Origin: the human T2T-CHM13v2.0 reference genome, Homo sapiens
NCBI RefSeq assembly: GCF_009914755.1
Contig: NC_060929.1
DNA: 64,000 nt
Reading direction: 5' to 3' (one strand)
How positions within the stretch are numbered: the stretch's first letter is position 1; each line of letters opens with the position of its first letter. The notes under the pieces are model-generated. The model saw only the letters and a list, made by a program, of their open reading frames with translations. It was not told the DNA's origin and did no database searches. Below are positions 57,101-64,000 of the stretch, in pieces. Made by a program: the position numbers and the translations under genes.

Positions 57101-57699
57101 TCTACTACTCTGCCCAGCCACCCTGTTGAGACAGGTTGTTGTATAAACCCAACCCTATACCCTTCTTGCCAGGTGATTTGTAAAATTCACTCCATTTGCT
57201 TATCTTTGCAGTGGTGAAGTTCTGAGAATGAGGTGTGAGACCATGTACAGTGGACAGGTAAAGTGCATTTCATTCCATGCATCTCCAAGCAGTTGGGCTA
57301 GAGTTTAATTTAAGCGCCTGGGTACCATGGCGATGCAAGCTCTATAAATACCGAGAGAGGCTTCTTTCAGCCAGTCTGCTGGTGACTGCACTTGTACCCC
57401 CACCCCCGTCTCCCACCAGGGCTCCGCCTCTGCTGTTGAGTAGAGGAACAGAGGAAAGCACTGCTTTGCAAGAACTCCCGCCCTCTGCTCATGGGCTTGC
57501 TCTCTCCTCTCCACACCCCCACCCTTGAAACTGAGATTTCATCTCCACCTCCTCCTTTGGTGCATAATTCATTTCCTCTTCAGTGAAAGACACAACAGCT
57601 CCCAGTCCCCAGAGAATCCCTTGATGAGAGAGTCAGAAATAGGATGGACTCAACCTCTCCTGGCAGCCTCAGCCTCTCACATAGGAGAAATCAGCTCAG

Positions 57700-58167
<468 letters not shown>

Positions 58168-60242
58168 TCATTGTCAGCTCAGCTGTGACCAGTTTTAGCA
58201 TGCCCTCATCAACCTCCATGGCCTCCTCCATCCACTCCAAATAGACGCACAACCCAAACATAAGTAGGAGTTTAAGGAGAGTCTCCTGGCCACCCCACCT
58301 CCTTTCCCAACCAGACCATGGCCCTGAAATCTCTCCTTCACAGGCACTCTAAAGCCCACACTGGGAGTCCAGAAGCAAAAACTCACTAGAAGCAGCTAAG
58401 TTGATATCTACATGACTACAGAAAAGTCACTTTGCCTCTCTGAATCTCAGTTTGCTCATCTATGAAATGGAACCAGCAGGAACTAGGGCAGTAAATCATT
58501 ATTCACACAAACTCCATTTCTCTGTTTGTAAAATGAGTAGGCTGTGCAAGACTTGTTTCAGTTGATTTCCCAGCACTGAATTAAGCACGGAGGACCGAGA
58601 GGTAAATAAAAAACCATCTCTTCTGCCTCGGCTCTCGTGTTACCAAGGTTTCTTCCACCCTCATTTTCTCTGGCTTAGGACGTGTTTTCCCATCATTGGA
58701 AAAAAAGAGTCCACAGTACATTTATGAACCTCAAATAATGCATGACTCAAGAAAGGGGACATTATTGGCTCCATCATAGAACATAACTGTGCATTCCCCA
58801 GGATGTGTGGGAGGGACGGCATGAGGTAGGGAGGTAGAGTCATGGAGCAGGAAGCAAAATCTCAGCAGAGGTTCTCAAAGCCTCAGTTTCCCCTGAAGAA
58901 TGCAGATGCGAACAGGAAACTGGACTTGCTAACATATCTGTTCCTTTGTTTTATATTTAATTTCTCCTCTTTACCATCTTCATGGAATATGTGACTCTGG
59001 CTCTCTGAAACACTCTAAAACACGTGTGGATAACGGCCTTTCTTCCCTGCAGTTGCAGTGGAGAAAAGGGTTCAAGTGCGCATCGTTTTTAAAAACAAGA
59101 CAGCCTGTCTCAGGCTCAGGTGATTCCTCTGGGCCACCGGGATGTGGCCTTTGTCATTAGAAAGGCTTGGCCTGTGGTCACTTCTGCACTGCCCAACACT
59201 GCCCAAGCCTGTCTCCTTCAACTCCACACGCGGGCAGCCAGACGCAGCCCCAGGAGGGTGGCCAGGAGAGGGCTGGGCTTCTTGTCTTCAGTTCGGATTC
59301 CTGCAGTTCAGTCACCTGTAGAGTAACGTCCAATTCAGCCTATCATGTGGCTGAGCCGGTTTTACCTTTAATCTCTTTCACGTTTGCCCTCAGCCTCGCA
59401 GAATGTCCGGGATGATTCACGCGCCATCACATGGGGCAGGCAGTCATCTGTTTTATTACCTCACCCTGCTTGCCGCTTCTGCGAGATAACCTGGGATTCT
59501 TTCGTTGGGGGTGGATGGGAGGTAAAAAGAGCGAACAGACCTAGGCCTTAATTCAGGAGTCAATTCCTGCTCTGGTCTCTCTTTCTTGCTTCCCAGGCCA
59601 GGTCAAAAGGTCCAAAGAAGCAAGCCATTTGGAAAATGCCAGGGTTTGGGTGGCTGGACTAAAACGAAAGTGGGACTTGGCAGTCTAAAAGGTGTTTTCT
59701 CTTCACAATCAATGCCAACCAGTAAAAAGGCTTGGTTGAAAAATAAGGCCAAAAAAAAAAAAATCAGCAATTAGGAGGACTGTTGCAAGCAAGCAGGCAT
59801 AATTTTCAGAAGGGGAAAGGACGTGGATTTGTGTTTTGAACAGAAAATACTTCAAATGGTCCACATTTCATAGAGGTGTGTCTGCTGCCAGGCACGGTGC
59901 TCCGAATGCACCGCACCACAGCCCCTGAGATGAAGGCGTGCTGCTGAGTGCCAAGCCCTCACATTTCTCCTCCTGCTTTGCCCTAACCACAAGCCCAAAG
60001 GAGTCCATATTGTTATGTGATTTTTTTTCAAATCAAAGACTGAGACTTCAGTGAAGCAAGCTGCCCAAGGTCACACAGCTAGAAAACCGGGTGGGCTTGG
60101 GACCCAAACAGCCTGATTCTAGAGCTCTTGCTTCTCAACCAAAAAACTATGAAGCAAACATCAACAGAGATGAACATTTGTCAGTATCAGTCATGTTCCA
60201 CATCCCAACCATGGGGAAGTTCTGAGGCTGCAGAGTGATTTA

Positions 60243-60673
<431 letters not shown>

Positions 60674-61392
60674 TTATGAGCTCTGTATCCCAGGCCAACA
60701 ACAAAGCATCTTGGAGCCTCATCTGTAAAATGGGTATAATAAATAGACTTTCCTATGCCAGAGGGTTGTTATGAAGATTGAGATCATGTATTCAAAGAAC
60801 CTAGCACCAGGTTGGCTTTGCTTTGGGGCTACTGCTCTAATCAATAGTGGGTTTTTATGTAGTAAAGGCTTGACCCAAACAGAGGAAGTGTAGAGGGCTG
60901 TGGGAATTCCCCCATAAAGGAATGGGGAATTCCAACTTTTGGGTGTTGAGGGCCAGTCTGAGGCTGGTGTCCCTGGACTCTGGTGCCTGGTATTTATGGA
61001 ATGAAGGAGGGCCAAGCACTGAGCCCCGAGGCCTGGCCTCAGGGAAGGAATTAACTATGAAGAAGGCATTTGGAGGCGAGGCTCACTCTGGTGGGTCTTT
61101 TCTGTCAAGAGGAGATGAGACCACAAACATGATTCCCTCTCTGGCTCAGCAACACCCTGGTCCATACAGCACAGGGTGCTGGTTCTTCTGGAAGACCGTG
61201 GGGCTCAGGCAAGAGAAGACACCCAACTGGGCTTCATTCGACCAGTCCAGCTTCCTGCCATATGCCGAGGGCAAAAAAGGGTTAAATTCCCACTCAGTAC
61301 ACAGATGTAAGAGGAGATGGGGAAGTGAACAGCCAGTTGATCATTCACTCAATCATGCTAGCTTGCTTTTTGTATTTAATGCTACATTTTAA

Positions 61393-61695
61393 ATTTATTT
61401 ATTTATTTATTTGAGACAGAGTCTCGCTTTGTTGCCCAGGCTGGAGTGCAGTGGTGCGATCTTGGCTCACTGCAACCTCCACCTCCCAGGTTGAAGTGAT
61501 TCTCATGCCTCAGCCTCCCGAGTAGCTGGGACTACGGGCGTGCACCACCACGCCCAGCTAATTTATTATTATTATTTTTTAGTAGAGATGGGGTTCACTA
61601 TGTTGGCCAGGCTGGTCTGAAATCCTGACCTCAGGTAATCTGTCTGCCTCACCCTCCCAAAGTGCTGGGATTACAGGCGTGAGCCACCGCACCCA
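61393..61695 (-). mobile_element. AluS
   Basis: Reverse Alu, TSD ctacattttaa. Confidence 0.95.
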
Positions 61696-62414
61696 CTAAT
61701 TCTACATTTTTAATTTCTCAAGAAACATTGTGTCTCTGATTGTTTTATTCTCTTGAACATTTTTCAAGATGGAATTTTGCTTTGCTTACTTTCTTCTTTT
61801 TCATAGCCCCACTTCTCCCAAATCCATAACACACCTACCTCAAAGTATCACAGGAAAGAAAGCCTGTGAAGCTGCTAGCCACAGCCTGTCACAAGTAAGT
61901 CCTCAATTTAGCTAACAATAACAATGGCATTACTATTACTTTTACAAAGTGTTTTCCCTGACACCCTCTGGAAGTCCTCCCAGGAAAGCGGATCCACAGC
62001 GCTCCTAATTTTAGGGACCCTGAGGGGAGCCAGCTACATTTCCAAATGGTGGGGAAGGGTGGAGGGTGGGCGAAACGTCGTAGGGAGAGTTGAATAGAAG
62101 GAGACAGATGGTGCCTGTGTTGGGGGAAGGGACCAGAGATCCTGGAAAACTTATGTTTCCCAATTCGCAAGAATGTTTCCATTTAACCACTTCTTGCCTG
62201 ACTCCTGATTCTACACCACAGAAAAGCAGGGAGTTTTTAAGATTTGGGGCCACCTGTGCCGAGAGCCTGGCTACTCCGGGTGGAGAGAGACAGGAGCGTT
62301 TTAAGTACAGGCAGAGCGGTTTTTGGCCCAGCCCCCTAGGTCTGGGACGCAGGTGAGGGGCGGTCTCTCCTTCCCCCGGCAGGGGCAGCGTAAGGGTGGC
62401 CGGCGGCTGGGACT

Positions 62415-62432
62415 GTCCCACGAGGGGGCGCG
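62415..62432 (+). promoter_or_regulatory. Candidate CTCF site at the 5' edge of the WWC1 CpG island
   Basis: GTCCCACGAGGGGGCGCG matches the CTCF core. Confidence 0.55.
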
Positions 62433-62785
62433 TCTCGGGCCCTAGGACCCGCCCTCGAGGCGCTGCGCGCGGGGAGGGGACCCGGGAACCCAGGCGCCCG
62501 GCGCTCCGCCTCCCGTTTCCGGGGCAGCGCGGTTACCTGCACCGCCCGAGCCGCACCTGGCGGAGGCAGAAGTCACAAACCCGGCGAGCTCAGAGCGGTG
62601 GAGCGGAGAGGAGGGACGGCACCCGGCTGCAGGGAGGAGGGAGGCGGCAGCGGCAGCGGCGGCGTGGAGGGCGCAGCGCGCCGCGCGGCGGAGGAGGGCA
62701 GACGGCGGCGGCGGCGGCGCTCGGCTCGCTCTGCCCGGCCGGCTGGGCGCGCACCCGGGCTCGCACCGCGCCGCTGCGGACGCAC

Positions 62786-63142
<357 letters not shown>

Positions 63143-64000
63143 TAGGACCCTGGAACCCTCCTCCGTGCCCCCACACCCCCGCCTGGGCCCCCACCTGCCC
63201 CTGGAGCCGCCGGCCGGGACTGGGAGGGGGCAGGGGAGCTCTGCGTGCCTCTTGAGCTCTCTTCAGTTCGCCACCCCCTGCTCCCCCCAACCTTCTGGAG
63301 CGCTGCTCCCGCCTCAGTGGGCCACCGAGAGGAGGCGCCTGCCGGGGAGCTGGCCCAGGCTGCCCCACCGCCATCCCCAGTTGGAGGACTTAGGCCCCAG
63401 CCGGCACCTGCCCGGAGTTTTGACCTTAAGCTCTAGCCCCGCCCGCCCCCTTTAGGAAGAGAGGTCGGGCGGGGGCGGGGGTTGGGGGAGCGACCTAGCC
63501 GGGTGAAGCCGGGTCTTCCCGGGGAGGCTTCCACCCAGCGTGGGGGGTGGGCGGATGGGGATGGGGAAGTGTCCGGTTAGAGGGGGTGGTCAAGACCCCA
63601 GGATTCCGTGGGAGACCACTGGAGAGAGGGCACTCGGCGGAGAGGAAGGCAACCTGAGGTGTGCTTTTTGACAGGTGCCTTGGAAGCTGCTGAGAACAGC
63701 ACAGGGGCAGCCAGGGGGCCCTGGAACCCGAGGGTGGGGAGGAAGTGAAGAAGCGGGGGAGGGCAGATGAGGGAGACTGGTTATCCAGGAATCTGGCAGC
63801 AACTTGGAAGCTGTTAGGATGGAGATGGAGGTGAGAGGCCTCCCGGAAAGCCTTGCCCCTCGCCTCTTTCTCCTCTCTTTCTTCCCTGATCGGGGAAGGG
63901 GGCGGCGAGGCTCCTCAGCCCTGCACCAGCGGGACCTGACCTTGGTGGGTACCAGGCCGCTGTAGGTTGAGATAATGTGCAGAGGCAGATGGAGCCTGAG

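Overview
Primate (almost certainly human) genomic DNA, very rich in Alu, MIR, L2 and LTR repeats. It holds the last four coding exons and 3'UTR of teneurin-2 (TENM2, + strand): YD/RHS shell, RHS core, and Tox-GHH/TCAP-2 C-terminus ending ...QNEMGKR*. About 27 kb of repeat-rich intergenic DNA follows, then the CpG island and first coding exon of WWC1/KIBRA ([14 protein letters not shown]..., first WW domain, + strand). Most ORF-track entries are Alu or low-complexity artefacts. I found no support for a wholly new multi-gene system, and the bacterial-toxin-like architecture of teneurin is already known. The best unexplained signals are: (1) a ~100-bp patchwork inverted templated insertion inside an LTR16 element (46774-46873, copied from 48010-48138); (2) four uAUGs in the WWC1 leader, the first in frame with KIBRA and blocked by a single TGA; (3) a candidate 430-nt open antisense exon in a TENM2 intron; (4) a stop-free 297-nt exon flanked by inverted Alus; (5) a degraded 5S rRNA copy beside a homeobox-motif-rich segment. 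Repeat subfamily names come from recalled consensus sequences and their boundaries are approximate.
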